NCBI GenBank assembly: GCA_003693705.1
Contig: RBZT01000339.1
Span: forward strand, 1-64,000
Source: Polymyxa betae A26-41
Lineage: Eukaryota; Protista; Endomyxa: Phytomyxea
Direction: 5' to 3'
DNA length: 64,000 bases
Made by a program: the position numbers and the translations under genes. Shown one piece after another: positions 25,315 through 39,850 of this stretch (positions are counted from its first letter, which is position 1; each line of letters begins with the position of its first letter). The notes under the pieces are model-generated. The model did no database searches. It worked only from the letters and a program-made list of their open reading frames with translations, and was not told the DNA's origin.

Positions 25315-26661
25315 TTATCGACGTCTTCGTCCATGTGAATGTCGCCTATCGTATCGTGTCGACTCTTTATCATTTTTATCATGATGAGAGCGGTCATAGG
25401 AACGTCGCCGACTGCGACTTCTTGAACGACGCCGATCATATTCACGTGAACAGCTGCGGCTTCTGTTCCCAGAGTAATGTTGCTTTGTGCCTCGTGATCT
25501 CGAACGAGACCGAGAATATCGTCTGTCTCGGCTTCTGCTTCTGGAGCGATCGCGGGTGGATTCTGTACACTCTTTGGAAACGGTGGGTTCAGGCTCAGGC
25601 ATGGTTGCCGCCAATTCTTCAGCCTCCAAATGTGCAGCTGCACTTTCGATCAATAACTGATGATCATCTTCGATTTCCTAAGACATCTTCAGCGAGATGG
25701 TAAAGCAGATTTAACATTTATGAGACCTTGAATGCGATTTTATCAGCATCGTTGACAGGAGTGTAAAATAGAGGCTTCTCATGATACATTTTAGCCATCA
25801 GTTTGCAAATGTGCAGTAGTTCGTCTTTACTGGAACCGAACAGTTCATACCAAGGCGGTGATTTCGGTAATGATAGCTGCAGCATGCGTGCTGCAAACAG
25901 AATCGATGCGGAAGCGATAGCTTCTGGAGAATACCTTAAGCAATCGACGGTAATTTCGAAATCATTAATTAAGTTCCAAGAAGTCTGCAGCGTATCACAG
26001 TAAGAACAAAATGAAGAACGAATCAACAGCTGACCTGAGCTAATTCTCGACCGCCGTTTAATCGCTGAATATACGAGAGAAGGAATTTATGTGGGTGGGA
26101 TGTGTAGACCATAAATCCTAATGTTGATAAAAGCAACTGTTCAGATGATAACATAGCCGATCTCCATCGAATATATTGCTAATAATGACAACTTGTTAGG
26201 CCGGACAAGCTAGCAAACAGCTACAAAGATGTACATTGGAGTTAATATCGAGTATGGAGTCTGGCAGCCCATAATACGAGTTCAGCAGCTTATGGAAAAC
26301 CGATAAAATGTCGCGAATCTTTCTTCTGGTCTCTTCGATCTTCGTGGCAAGAAACACGCAGGTCATTGTCATTATAACCAATGGATCGTGACCAGACATT
26401 GGAACTCTGCAATAATATCGATGAAGCAGAACCTAAGAATCTCATCACAATCCAATTTACTCTTGGAGATCTTCATACCTGAGCCGTAGCGCATGTCGCC
26501 CTTGGAAGCTCCAACAGTATACATGCATCGGCAATGATGAAGGCGGCCCAGCGTCGATTACTTGCTTCTGCTTCCGGATCGATGCCTTTCAGAACGCTCC
26601 GGTAAGTGTCTTCATCTAATGTCAGCTGCATCCGATCGAGCTCCATCGTCATGGCGACCAT
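25315..26661 (-). CDS. Cyclin L (cyclin boxes plus C-terminal RS domain)
   Basis: ATCATAQV, CVFLATKIEETRRKIRDI, HPHKF, SWNLIND, PEAIASASI and RSRSRS tail. Confidence 0.9.
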
Positions 26662-27054
26662 TGAAGCGATACACGCAGATACACAACAACAAATGCGATG
26701 AGTTTTTATATTGGTATTGAGCTACTCCTATTACAGTATTATCAGTCTTCAATTGTAACTCATCATATTCTCTTTTCCATAGGCTTCGGTCTTGTTGTAT
26801 GGCATTTCCACAGAAATTTATCTCTTGATGTTTGGTTGTGGTACAGGAAGGCAAGATTTAATGGCCATGAAACGACTAATCATAAATCATTTATGAGAAT
26901 CCAAACCTAGTTGGAATAAAAGTCATTATGTAATATGAAGCCGAAAAGAAAGCAAGAGCCGATCGAATTAGCTAAAAAGCCCTATATACTTATTGAAACT
27001 GATCGCGGCATTTCAACCTGGAAATCATTCATCTGTACTTATCTGGAGACAAAG

Positions 27055-27243
27055 ATGACCGCTCGAGGCACCATTGTCTTATCTGAGACCGAAATCGAAC
27101 TTATACTGGACGCTCTTGGGCCGCCAGAGAAGCCAGAATCACAAGCAGGAACTAGCATACCTGAACCGGCCGTTATGCTTCGAGAGCGGCTGGTCGCGCT
27201 ACTCCTACAAATACGCAAGGAAGCAGAAAAAAGATCCAAATAA
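27055..27243 (+). CDS. Small hypothetical helical protein (62 aa)
   Basis: MTARGTIVLSETEIELILDALGPP...LRERLVALLLQIRKEAEKRSK; protein-like composition; fills the gap between two genes. Confidence 0.45.
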   Translation: MTARGTIVLSETEIELILDALGPPEKPESQAGTSIPEPAVMLRERLVALLLQIRKEAEKRSK

Positions 27244-27291
27244 GTTCGAATTTTCGAACCATAAACAGTATTGTTTATTTCGACTGAAAGC

Positions 27292-29697
<2,406 letters not shown>

Positions 29698-30007
29698 TGC
29701 AAGACTGGTCGATGCCAATTTATAAAATATGTGATGGACGAGCAGCAGTTCAAGCTTGTTATCGTTACGTTATGTCGCACAGCACGCATCTTCAAGTTCC
29801 CAATTCTGTTAATGTTACCCTCAGGGATGACACTCGTTGACTCGGTTGAAAATCGATATTTATTGATAGCCATAAATGTCAGGTTTGAGAAAGGTAGATA
29901 TTGGTACTTTGCTGAGCTGCAGAGTATCTAGTAACCGGTCCAAAAACTGCTAATATTATTTGTGTTTGAGCACCGATTAAGGTTTTTTGTTTGACTATAC
30001 ACAAATG

Positions 30008-30726
30008 TTATAAATCCATTTCGATATCTTCGACATCAGAAAATTCTTCATCGAAATTGTCATCGACTACATCATCCTCGTGATGACCGGAATCGGCATT
30101 TGAATTTTGCTGTAGAGAGCATGGATCGGGCGCTTCCATAGCATATTTTTCGACGTATTCCCTTAATAAAACTCATAACTACTGATGTTAAACACCAAAA
30201 AAGCTAGTTCGTACCTAACTTTCTTCAGATACGCGTCTCTATCCTGAATATACAGCCCCCCGGCTTCGCCATTAAGCGGATCGTGAGCATTTGGATACAT
30301 CAATAATTGTGGCAAAAAGACGCTGAATATATTCACCAAATCTGCAAATATTGAGACAAAAAAAATGCAAAGCATAACTCATACCAAACATCGGGCTCCA
30401 GGTCTGGTTTATGACGTCCAGACAAACTGAGCCAGACTTGGCGTCAACATTTGGATGAAAGACCCGATTGCAGAAACCAATCGATGGTGATTTATAAGGG
30501 TATTCGGCTGGCAATGTCACATGAATCGTCCAAACACCTCCATTATAGGGACTATCAGCAGGCCCCTCCAGCTTCACGTAGAATTCGTTGGTTGAATCTT
30601 CGTCCCCTAATCGAACTTCGTAATCGGACATCATCCTAGAGATGGGTCAGAATCCAGAGGACGCTAGCGCTGGTCATACAGCTTCATGAGGTCCATATCC
30701 CGTCTCTTGGTGCTTGGTGAGGTCAT
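30008..30726 (-). CDS. UBE2H: Ubiquitin-conjugating enzyme E2 H (Ubc8)
   Basis: [49 protein letters not shown] and [17 protein letters not shown]. Confidence 0.94.
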
Positions 30727-31408
30727 GGTGATGGCAATGGCTCTGGTTAGGGAGTGAGCCCAACCTAGTGCACCCTTAAGGGGGGTATTTAGGGGAAAGG
30801 TCTGGTCACGGTGAAGGTCTGAGCTGACGACTGGTGCTCCTGTTACAATGCCGACGCGTCGCATCTAATAACCACTTGCTAACCTTCGTCGGTCACTTGT
30901 TAACAATTCTCCCAACAACTGCTTTGTGTGATGAAGGACGGCCGTTCCCTTGTTAGATCTCCATCCACATTCTGCATTTATTTCCGAATCTTAATAAAAA
31001 ATAAACTTCCGAATCGGTTTATGGTCCGCCGGGAGTCGTCATTTATCTATCGCAATGCACTGCGTTGGGTTTAGACAAAAAAAAAAGATCACCTCGTCAT
31101 CTACATCCCCAGGTTACTATTATGATTATATAAAATCTTTTGAAAGTTGTCTAACCATAGCAAACTGCAACCTCATTCGATGGCATTTGTGCTGTTATGG
31201 CATTAGTTTGAATTGTACTGTTTAGAGCTGATAGTCACTTAGAAGATTAATCTGGATAATGGCGGGATCGACGCACTCATATGAACACATTCATAAAGTG
31301 TTTTCCGTCTTGTACGTAAGGTAGCGGCTGGTTTCCAATTGTCGAGGCATCCTACTGCTTTGCCTATGATCGCTCTCGCTAACCAGATTGTGACGATATA
31401 ACTAATCG

Positions 31409-32801
31409 ATGTCGGCTGCTGACCCGCTGCTGGCCGGTGATTCCAGGCCTTGCCCATGTCAGTCGACAAATTTCTGGTGTAATCAGATGCGACCTTGCAT
31501 CATCTTTTATATCTTGCTTAGCTCTCTCTCCATCATTGTATTAAAATTCGTTAATTATCGGTGAGTCTTTGCAACAAATTGTCACTTGTCTCATCTCTTC
31601 TAGGTATGAATTAGTGCTGCCATTGCTATGGGCAATGATATCTGAAGCGACATTCATCATATCATTTCCCATGTTTTTTGCCTTTCGGCAGAAGGGATTC
31701 CTTAGGAAGTTCATGCCATCTGTTCGGATATTGTCTATATGTGCTGTGATAGGGCTTGGATATACCATTTCCAAATCAGCCATCTCGTATGCAGAAAGTA
31801 TTTTCAAACGCGAAACTTGCAGTTGGTCTGGCTTATATCGAATTAGATGTGCTTCCTGGATCAGTCTTCGCCATAATCTCTTCCTTGGATATTCTTTTCA
31901 ACGGGATTTTTAGCAGCATTATTCTGAAAAAGAGGCTCTCAAAGAGTAATAAGATTGCCATTCTATTTATACTCTGTGGAGTTTTGCCAAGTGCTATCTC
32001 CGATATTGTAATAGCACCAGAGCATCATGGCGCTGTTGATAAAGCCCAGAAAATCACTGGCCTGACCTTAGCGCTCTCGCTGCCTGTCGCCTTATTTGGC
32101 GTCGCTGAAGAATCGTTAAGTACCGTTTTCTCGTCGTACATCTTAAAAAAGCGATTCTTGGAGGAAGGCCATCTGTCCCTAGTGGATACGGCCGTATCAA
32201 TCGATTGTAAGATGAATTGTAATTTATACAGCATTTTTAGTGAAATATGGTTGCAGCATCTCAGCTAAGTGATGACAGCTGCACAGACAACATCTTGTTC
32301 ATAATTCAGTATTCCTCTTGGGTGTCGTTTTTCGCATTCACAGGCATGCTAATTCCGCTGGTTGCCTCCGGTGAAGCGAAGATTTGGAAATCTGTCCTGG
32401 TTTCAGCATGGACTGGTTCAGGATCTATCAAGCATGCTGGATTCGATGCAGTTATTGGTTTATCGTTAGCGGTTGTGGCCACTCTAGGCTCCCGAATCTA
32501 CATGCGTTGTGCCAAATATTATATCTGTTCGTTGAGAACAGCATTCACGTTTAGTGTCGTCAAACCATTGCCGAAAATTCTCGAAGTAATCGTTCTGTGT
32601 TTCGGGTTGGGTGAAGTCATAACGTGGCAGAAAGTATTCGGAATGGCCATGGCAGCTATCGGCTTTATCATACATGTTCGTGGAGAACAGGCTGAAATCA
32701 AGAAGTCGTATATCGATAGTGGATCGTCACCATGTCGATGCCATGAAGGTCACGAACCTCTTCTAACTAGTGTTGAACCCGATACAGATTTATTTATTTA
32801 A
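31409..32801 (+). CDS. DMT-superfamily transporter resembling plant purine permeases (PUP)
   Basis: About 10 TM; LPGSVFAIISSLDILFNGIFSSIIL, VSFFAFTGMLIPLVASGE and GEVITWQKVFGM. Confidence 0.7.
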
Positions 32802-32822
32802 GCAATACATATTATACAGTGT

Positions 32823-33469
32823 CTAGGACTCAGTCCTATCTATGCTATCTTTCTGATCGCGGAAATACTTTCTCATATCGTAGGCGTCTTCACCATCGGC
32901 ATAGTATTTCGTTTCGATATCGCGCTGGGCGTAGCCCAACGTCTTTGTGTACAGATGGAAGGCACCGGCGTTGCTCTTGCGAACATGAAGAGACACATAT
33001 TCAGCTTTGAAAACGTGCTCCATGGCGTGCTGAGCGGCCCTCATCAACTTGGTGGCAATTCCCATCTTACGATGCGTTCTTAGGACGGCCAGAGAAGTGA
33101 TGTGTCCATGCAATTCTTTAGAGTCCTCCTCCCTGAAGGTGATATCAATGCTACAGGCTGGCATTGACCAGATCAAATACATTTTGGCAAGAACGTAGCC
33201 GACGATCTTTCCGTTGAAATCTTCAGCAACAAATGGTAGCTGTGGCCATGACAGGATATGATAAAGGTAATACTTCATCTCTAAGCGAGAACCAATTCAC
33301 TTTCAATTAAATTACAAATAAGTATAAATACATACGATAGTTTTCTGGTAGGCATCTAAATTCCAATCATTAAAAACAGAAAACGTTAAAGAAACGCGTT
33401 TTCATACAGAAGATTGCAGTTCTGCATTTCGAGCAGATCATTGATAGTACATTGCCGAATGCACACCAT
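32823..33469 (-). CDS. NAA10: N-alpha-acetyltransferase 10 (NatA catalytic subunit, Ard1)
   Basis: MQNCNL.CLPENY.MKYYLYHILSWPQL, HGHITSLAV, VSLHVRKSN and KYYADGEDAYDM. Confidence 0.96.
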
Positions 33470-34585
33470 TCCTCGGACGATACGGTGTCACGATGAAAAC
33501 TCAGCAAACGTTCAGGGCGGATCCGAGACGCCAACGATTCGATCAGATCCAATAAGGACAACCCTGCAGGTTGTTGAATTCTCCGCGAACCGTGAGACGC
33601 TGCCGAAGACTGATCAAAGGTGCGCATTATTATAGATGGCTCTATATGGCTGGCCTGCCAGTACATACCATCCTCTTCCCATGGACGTTTGTTAATTGTT
33701 TCTGTATCTGGGGATCCAGCGAGAGCAGAGCTTCGTCTAGCTGATCGTCTTATTCATAGGATAGATAAATTCGTGGTTTGCTTTAGCAAGAGTTGCGTTG
33801 AGAATCGCAATCATTACCGAGACGATGACCGACCATTTGATTGCTTGTCTTTGTTACATTTGTGTTCCAGATAAAGCTGTATTGTTTTAATAATTGTCCT
33901 GATTTCGGTTATTCTTGCCGACCGTCCTATCCACATCAATGAGAGCACACTAAATCTGATGCTCAGCTCGGCAGTCGTCGGGCGGCCTGCCACAGTTACG
34001 ATGCTAGCGCTGTTTAGCTCAAATTTGTGAAGCCAAATCATTTCGATTGGTGCCCAGCTTCATCCCGTCTTTTTTACCAAATTTGCTATCAGTGGCATCC
34101 CTTCTGCATTTGTATCGCTTCAGTTTCTTCGCATTGTTCATGGCCGGAAAACTTTGGAACCATTCTCTTGATGAACCGTGGTCTCAACTTTAAGCTAGCT
34201 GGCTGCCATGCTGGATTGCGAAGTTCTGCTTGGAATGAGATCGAGTGAATGAGGAAATCAGCGACAGCAAATTAACCATCAAAGAGGCAGCGGCCTCCCT
34301 CATTGAAATGGCCCGTAACATCACCAAAAGTCATTTCAGGCTGCATGCTGTCGTGGATTGGTCACTTTACTAAGTAGGAAAGATGCCCGATTTGTCTTGC
34401 TGATTGGCGTTGGAGCCAAACAATCAACAGCATACCTCGTTCCCATCGTAACGCCGAGCGATGGATGTTTTGCAGCAATGGTCAAGATTGTCATAGATTC
34501 CGATCGATCAGCTCAATGATATTTAGAAGGTACACGTCGATGGCCGCCATGTGGACGTCTTCCAGTCGATCGTCTCCACGACATC

Positions 34586-36821
34586 ATGGAAAATGGTTCG
34601 GCACAAGATGTTATATATACCATTCAGGTGGCTTCGCTTTATGTATGCATTCTTTGTTCTATTTCCGTGTTAATCTTGTCGGTATTCTATTATCGTTATA
34701 GACGCCATCCAATGCTGAAAGCAAGGCGGGCTGAATGGTCATTAATATTTCAGTTTCTTATGATCATCACCATGAACCCCTATGCCTACGATGGATTGCA
34801 GCGTTATCCATGCTGTGCACAGATTCTCTATACTCATGTGGTTTTATCAACGCTTACCCTTGAAGCTCATATTGCCCGCTGTTGGCTTCTCCTGTACAAC
34901 TGGAACGTTTCCAAAGCGTTATGCGCCGTCCAATTTGAACAGAGAGAATCCGACAAGAACTGGTGGCTTCAGCATACTTATCTGGCTTCCAACAAGGTTA
35001 TGGCGATGGTCATGAGCATTGCAATCGTTTTCCATACTTGTTTCTGGCTGTTACTTTGCCGTCTCAATGGATGGGATCGATCTTTCCATGAGCCAGCACA
35101 ACTCTTAATTTGTACATCTCTGATGTTATTCATGTTTGGGGAACAGGTTGTGCTGGTTCTTCTGATGCTTCTTGCAATGTATCTTTCGTATAATATGCGT
35201 CTCATTGTCGACGTTTTCGAAATCAGAAATGAATTGATGGCTTCTGGGGGGATATGGCTGTATTTTGCAGTGCCTTGTTGGGTTGTTGCCGCTTTGTTTC
35301 CGAGCCTTATGCAGTATCCCAATTTCATCATCATGTATACAATACGCGCCTCGGCTTGCTTCACCTGATTTGTTCTGATACGTTCATAGGATGACATTAT
35401 CGGTGAACTTATCTGGTATTCGTGTGCTGTATTTAATCGTTGCTAAGCCTCTCATGATGATCTATGCAGAGACACGTGACCGCTTAAAAATGCTTGACCC
35501 GACAACTGCCGTGTTGGGACAGGTTCGACTGTTAATGAAGAAGACTCTTCTCCGGGAAGCATGAGATTGTCGTTCCATTCAATTAAGCGAAAGCATAAAA
35601 ATATTAAAGAAGTGGGACTTCGTAAGATGCTGGACACGAACACTGGCGTTGCCAAGGATTTTGTTAAGTTCTTGATCAAAGAGTTCTCGGTAAGTGATTG
35701 GCCGCAAGCCTGTGTAGAGCCATCAGCTAACCCTGATCGGACTCCGTGGTGGTATATATTATATACCACAACGATTTTTTGAGCGTTATTCGAAAAATAT
35801 TGGGGTTACGGAGAAATTTTCTAACGACAGAATGAAGAACAGGAAATTTCCTATCGAGGTATACCAAAAGTCGCACAAAAATGTTTATGGTTGCAATTAG
35901 AAACTCTGTTGATAATGACCATTTTCGCTCAATTTACCGCACGCACCTTTGTATGCGGCGGTGCGGCGGTATATATATTATATACCGCCGCTGGATAGAG
36001 AAAATTTCATGAAGAGTCCATTTTGGTCTCAGAAGCATACCCCAATCAACCTATTCATCCCCAGCCAAGTCATCATTGAAAAAGAGTCCAGGTTAGCAAT
36101 TACGTCAGAATCAGCCAACACACTTTAGTAATTAGAGGCACCTTAGCAATGAATGCCAGGTAAATTGGCCATGGCTAAAATATCTCATAAAAAATATTGG
36201 TGCAAAATTTCAGTGTCATTAATTTATTAGATTAGTCGTTATGATTGTCTAAAAATCAGGCTTTTTGCCTCGTGGCGGTATATACTATATACCGCCGGGG
36301 GGTTCGGTGATTTTTGGAAAATTGCGTGGCGGTATATACCGCCGCTCGGGGCTAAATCTTTTCTGAGGTTGAAAACTGGAAATTTTATTCGGATGTATTG
36401 CAGCTGCGTATTTTATATGGGGGGTGGAAGCATGCTGATTCAGGTTTAAGCGGTTTGGAATCAGGCCATTTAGATTGGTTCAAAGCACAAGGTTCAGCAG
36501 TGATTTCTTTGGAAACCAACATTAATCGAATCTATTCGATGTACCTTGCGGACTCGGCACCATTTGAAGTCAATCTGAACAGTCAACTGCTGAATATTAT
36601 TCGAATGTGCTTTGATCCAACAACGAAACTGAAGGCTAATTGTATCAATGACATTCCTGGATTATTATGCCAAGCACAAGATGCGATCTACGATCTAATG
36701 AGAACCGATTCGTACGTGCCTTTACCATTGCAATGGTTAATGAGCTTATATGGTTGCTTGACAGATACCCGAGATTTAAGCGTCGCCCGAATTCGACCAG
36801 GTTCAATTGGCATTAGTATAA
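34586..36821 (+). pseudogene. 7TM-RGS copy 2 with two apparent 1-nt deletions and an intronic mobile element
   Basis: Exon 2 read from 35391 meets TGA at 35562-35564, while the RGS half continues in another frame; second frameshift near 36780; could be assembly error. Confidence 0.65.
35731..36351. mobile_element. 621-bp non-autonomous piggyBac-like element (MITE)
   Basis: CTAA direct repeats at 35727-35730 and 36352-36355; CCC...GGG ends with imperfect TIR (ccctgatcgg vs ccccgagcgg); four internal GG(C/T)GGTATAT..ATATACC palindromes; removing it restores a 53-nt intron. Confidence 0.8.
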
Positions 36822-37163
36822 ATCAGCATTCCATCGCATGGTATTCCAGTTTCTGCTGTGACATGTTTAGAATTAAGGGGGTCGCTGATTTGAGATCGTT
36901 CGTTCTGGAACGAATGCCGATACAATGGCAGTCAGCAAACATGTTGTTGGTCATATTTTTCATGTGTAATGAATAAATCCAGATATCAAGAGGAGACCAT
37001 AGATTAGCGTTTTAATGTATTTTTTGAACCCAGAAATTCACACAGATCAGAGTTCTTATCTCTCTCCTATCTGACTATCTCGCTCATCTCTAGCGTTCTT
37101 TCTGTCTGTTCACTATTCTAACCCGTTGGGCACCACACTGGCTTATTCATGCAAATAGATGAA

Positions 37164-37420
37164 ATGCGCCTTTCTTTGCATACCGACGAACGACCATACG
37201 CCTGTAATTAGTGCAGCTAACAATTCAAAAAGCGCAAGGCAGTTTCGCTGGTCTTTTGAGTACTCGTATACCGGTGAATAAGAAGGCGGAAGTGGAGCTT
37301 GATTTTGGAAAAAAGTTCAACGATATGCTCGACCACATGTCATCGCTCTACCCGATGCGTTGTGATAAAAGTCCCTTTGAGCATAATTTGTACAAGCTCT
37401 CCATATACGTACTTCCTCTA
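37164..37420 (+). pseudogene. Decayed C2H2 zinc-finger array relic
   Basis: HTDERPYACN*CS*QFKKR at 37179-37235, then YTGE* and CDKS...LHIRT fragments in shifted frames. Confidence 0.55.
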
Positions 37421-37741
37421 TAAAGTTCTGAAATTTATATCACTTTCAATTAAAGCTTCATAGGTGTTAAAGATTGCGAGCCAGACTTATAAAGCGATTC
37501 ATGAGCACAGCTGACATCAGCCAGACTCAATCAGCCGCTGCACTGCTACTAGAAGCATATCCAGGCTCACTCTAGGCTAGCTGATTCATTGCGAACATGT
37601 ATTAAATATCATATCAAAGAATACAAAAGCGCAAGGCTCAGAGAAAGGTAATCGATTCACGTGACTTTGCATCCAGATCGCTTAAGATATTACTGGGCTG
37701 GTAGTAGATGCATGTATAGACAGGCTTAATCCTATCCACTA

Positions 37742-39361
37742 ATGGATGAATCATCAGGTGGGGATGTCATTTATAGTATCCAGAGAACGCTGATCGTCGT
37801 TATGGTCTTGATTATAACTATATCTACACCAATATTATCAGCCACATACTATTACTATCGTCGACATCCCATACTGAAAGCCAGACGGCCAAAATGGGCG
37901 ATACTGAATCAGCTGTTCGTCATGCTGGTTGCCATAACCTTTGGGTACGACGGCTGGCAACATTATCCTAGTTGTGCCAAAATCTTGTTTACAAGCTCGG
38001 TTGTCGCCATGGCGGGCATGGTAATGATTTCTGAAGATACAAAGCTACTTTCTAATGTAAAGAATGATTTCAGGATTCGCACATCATTCGTAGCTGGCTT
38101 CTGTTGTACAACTGGAACGTCTCGAAAGCGCTCTGTGCGATGAAATCAGAAGACGCCGAATCTGAGAAGTCCTGGTGGCTGAACAATACCCATCTTGCTT
38201 CAGATGGAGCCATGGCCAGTCTAATGGCTGCCCTATCATGTTCCATATAGGATATTTGGTTGTTACTTGCGGGGAGGCCCAGCCGATTCTGCCATTTGCA
38301 CATCAGGATGGTTATGGTTCTTTGGAGTCTGGGGTGCCATTTCCTGTCTCATGACCATCGCTCTCTATCTAGCATATAACTTGCGTCTTGTAGTTGATGC
38401 ATTCGAAATCAGGAGCGAGTTGATGACGACCGGGGCGATCTGGATCGTTGGCGCCATGCCGTTCTGGTTGGTTGCCCTGCTGTTCCCAGTCTCGAGGAGA
38501 ACCGACATTTTACGATCATGTCTGTATTGGTCTGCCATTGATTATCATTGTTTTTATCATTGTTCATAGGCTGGCTTTATCGGTGCCCATATGCGCTCTG
38601 CGTGTTCAATATCTATACGCGGTTAAGCCTTTGTTGATGATGGCTAATGAAATGAAACAACGAAGACAATTTGAAATATCAACTATCGCTGTCATTATTG
38701 GCTCTGCAACAACAGCGTCGCCTGAAGGCATCGCTCATAAATCGAATGGAACTGTCCGGGTTCGTGCTAAGGGAGCTCAGGTCGAGCTTCGAGAGATGCT
38801 GGACACAAACACCGGCATCGCTAACGCCTTCATCAATTTTCTGACGAAAGAATTCTCAGTGATTTTGATTAAAGCCAGTCTCGGTGTCCTGGACTGATAC
38901 GGTTTGCTAGGTTGAGAACTGGAAATTTTACTCAGAGATTCTACAGCTGCGAATGACTTACGGGGATTGGAAGGAATTAGATGCAGGCCTAAGCGGCCTG
39001 GATTCAGGACACCTGGAATGGTTCAAAACGCGAGGTCCTGAAATCGTTGCTCTTCGAGAGAGGATCAATCGAATCTATCTATGTATCTGGCGCAGTCGGC
39101 GCCATTTGAAGTTAATCTGAGCTCTGAGCGTTTGAAAACGCTTCAGCAATGCTTTGGCTCAGATCACTTGCTGAGGCCTGAACGCATGGACGATATTCCA
39201 GAAATATTATGTCGCGCTCAAGATGAAATCTATGAGCTGACGAGGACAGATTCGTACGTTATTGTTATGCGTGTTTGCCGCTGCATACTCAATGATTCAA
39301 TTAGAATGGGCGATTCAAGACTACAGCTGATTTCGATGAAGCTCAGTTAGCCCTGGTTTGA
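37742..39361 (+). pseudogene. 7TM-RGS copy 3 with several frameshifts and a deletion
   Basis: In-frame TAG at 38248-38250; INGWDQSW segment missing relative to copy 4; further 1-nt frameshifts near 38488 and 39306; private intron 38021-38073. Confidence 0.78.
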
Positions 39362-39850
39362 ATTGCTAATCGAGCTTATCTCCTCCGGAAGGTCGTCTCA
39401 TTTCTGGTTGCGAAGGCCAACGGAACTCATATTATTCAGCTAATTTTTGTATAAAAATGCTACCAACCGATGAAGCCTCCAATCATGTTAAAGTGTCATT
39501 TTTGCAGAAGGAGTATCTAACTTCTGAATACAAACAGGCTTTATACAGTGACAACTAAGTGAACCAAACGTTGAAAACTTTACAATTGTTCGATCCCACG
39601 TGTGATTTCAAGGTTTTATTGCAACGTTACCATGACAGAAAGGGGAGTCTCTGCAGGCAGCAACGAATACAGTAAAACAGTTACATTGGTTGGGCCTGGC
39701 TTCTAACGTAGACACAGTGTATAGGACCAGAAGCTCATCCTCATAATTGTAAGCCATAGATTTTAGAGGTATGTATGCAGAGATATTTATGTCCATACTC
39801 GTGACAAGAAAATCGCACACGTCGATTACGTTTGACATCTCCTACCAGAA

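Noticed and set aside
33600-34500. Several 70-85 aa ORFs upstream of receptor copy 2
   Set aside because: No motifs or consistent exon structure; probably intergenic.
35731-36351. Reading the palindromes as Helitron hairpins or a structured ncRNA
   Set aside because: The 4-bp CTAA duplication and CCC/GGG ends fit a TIR element better, and there is no TC...CTRR boundary.
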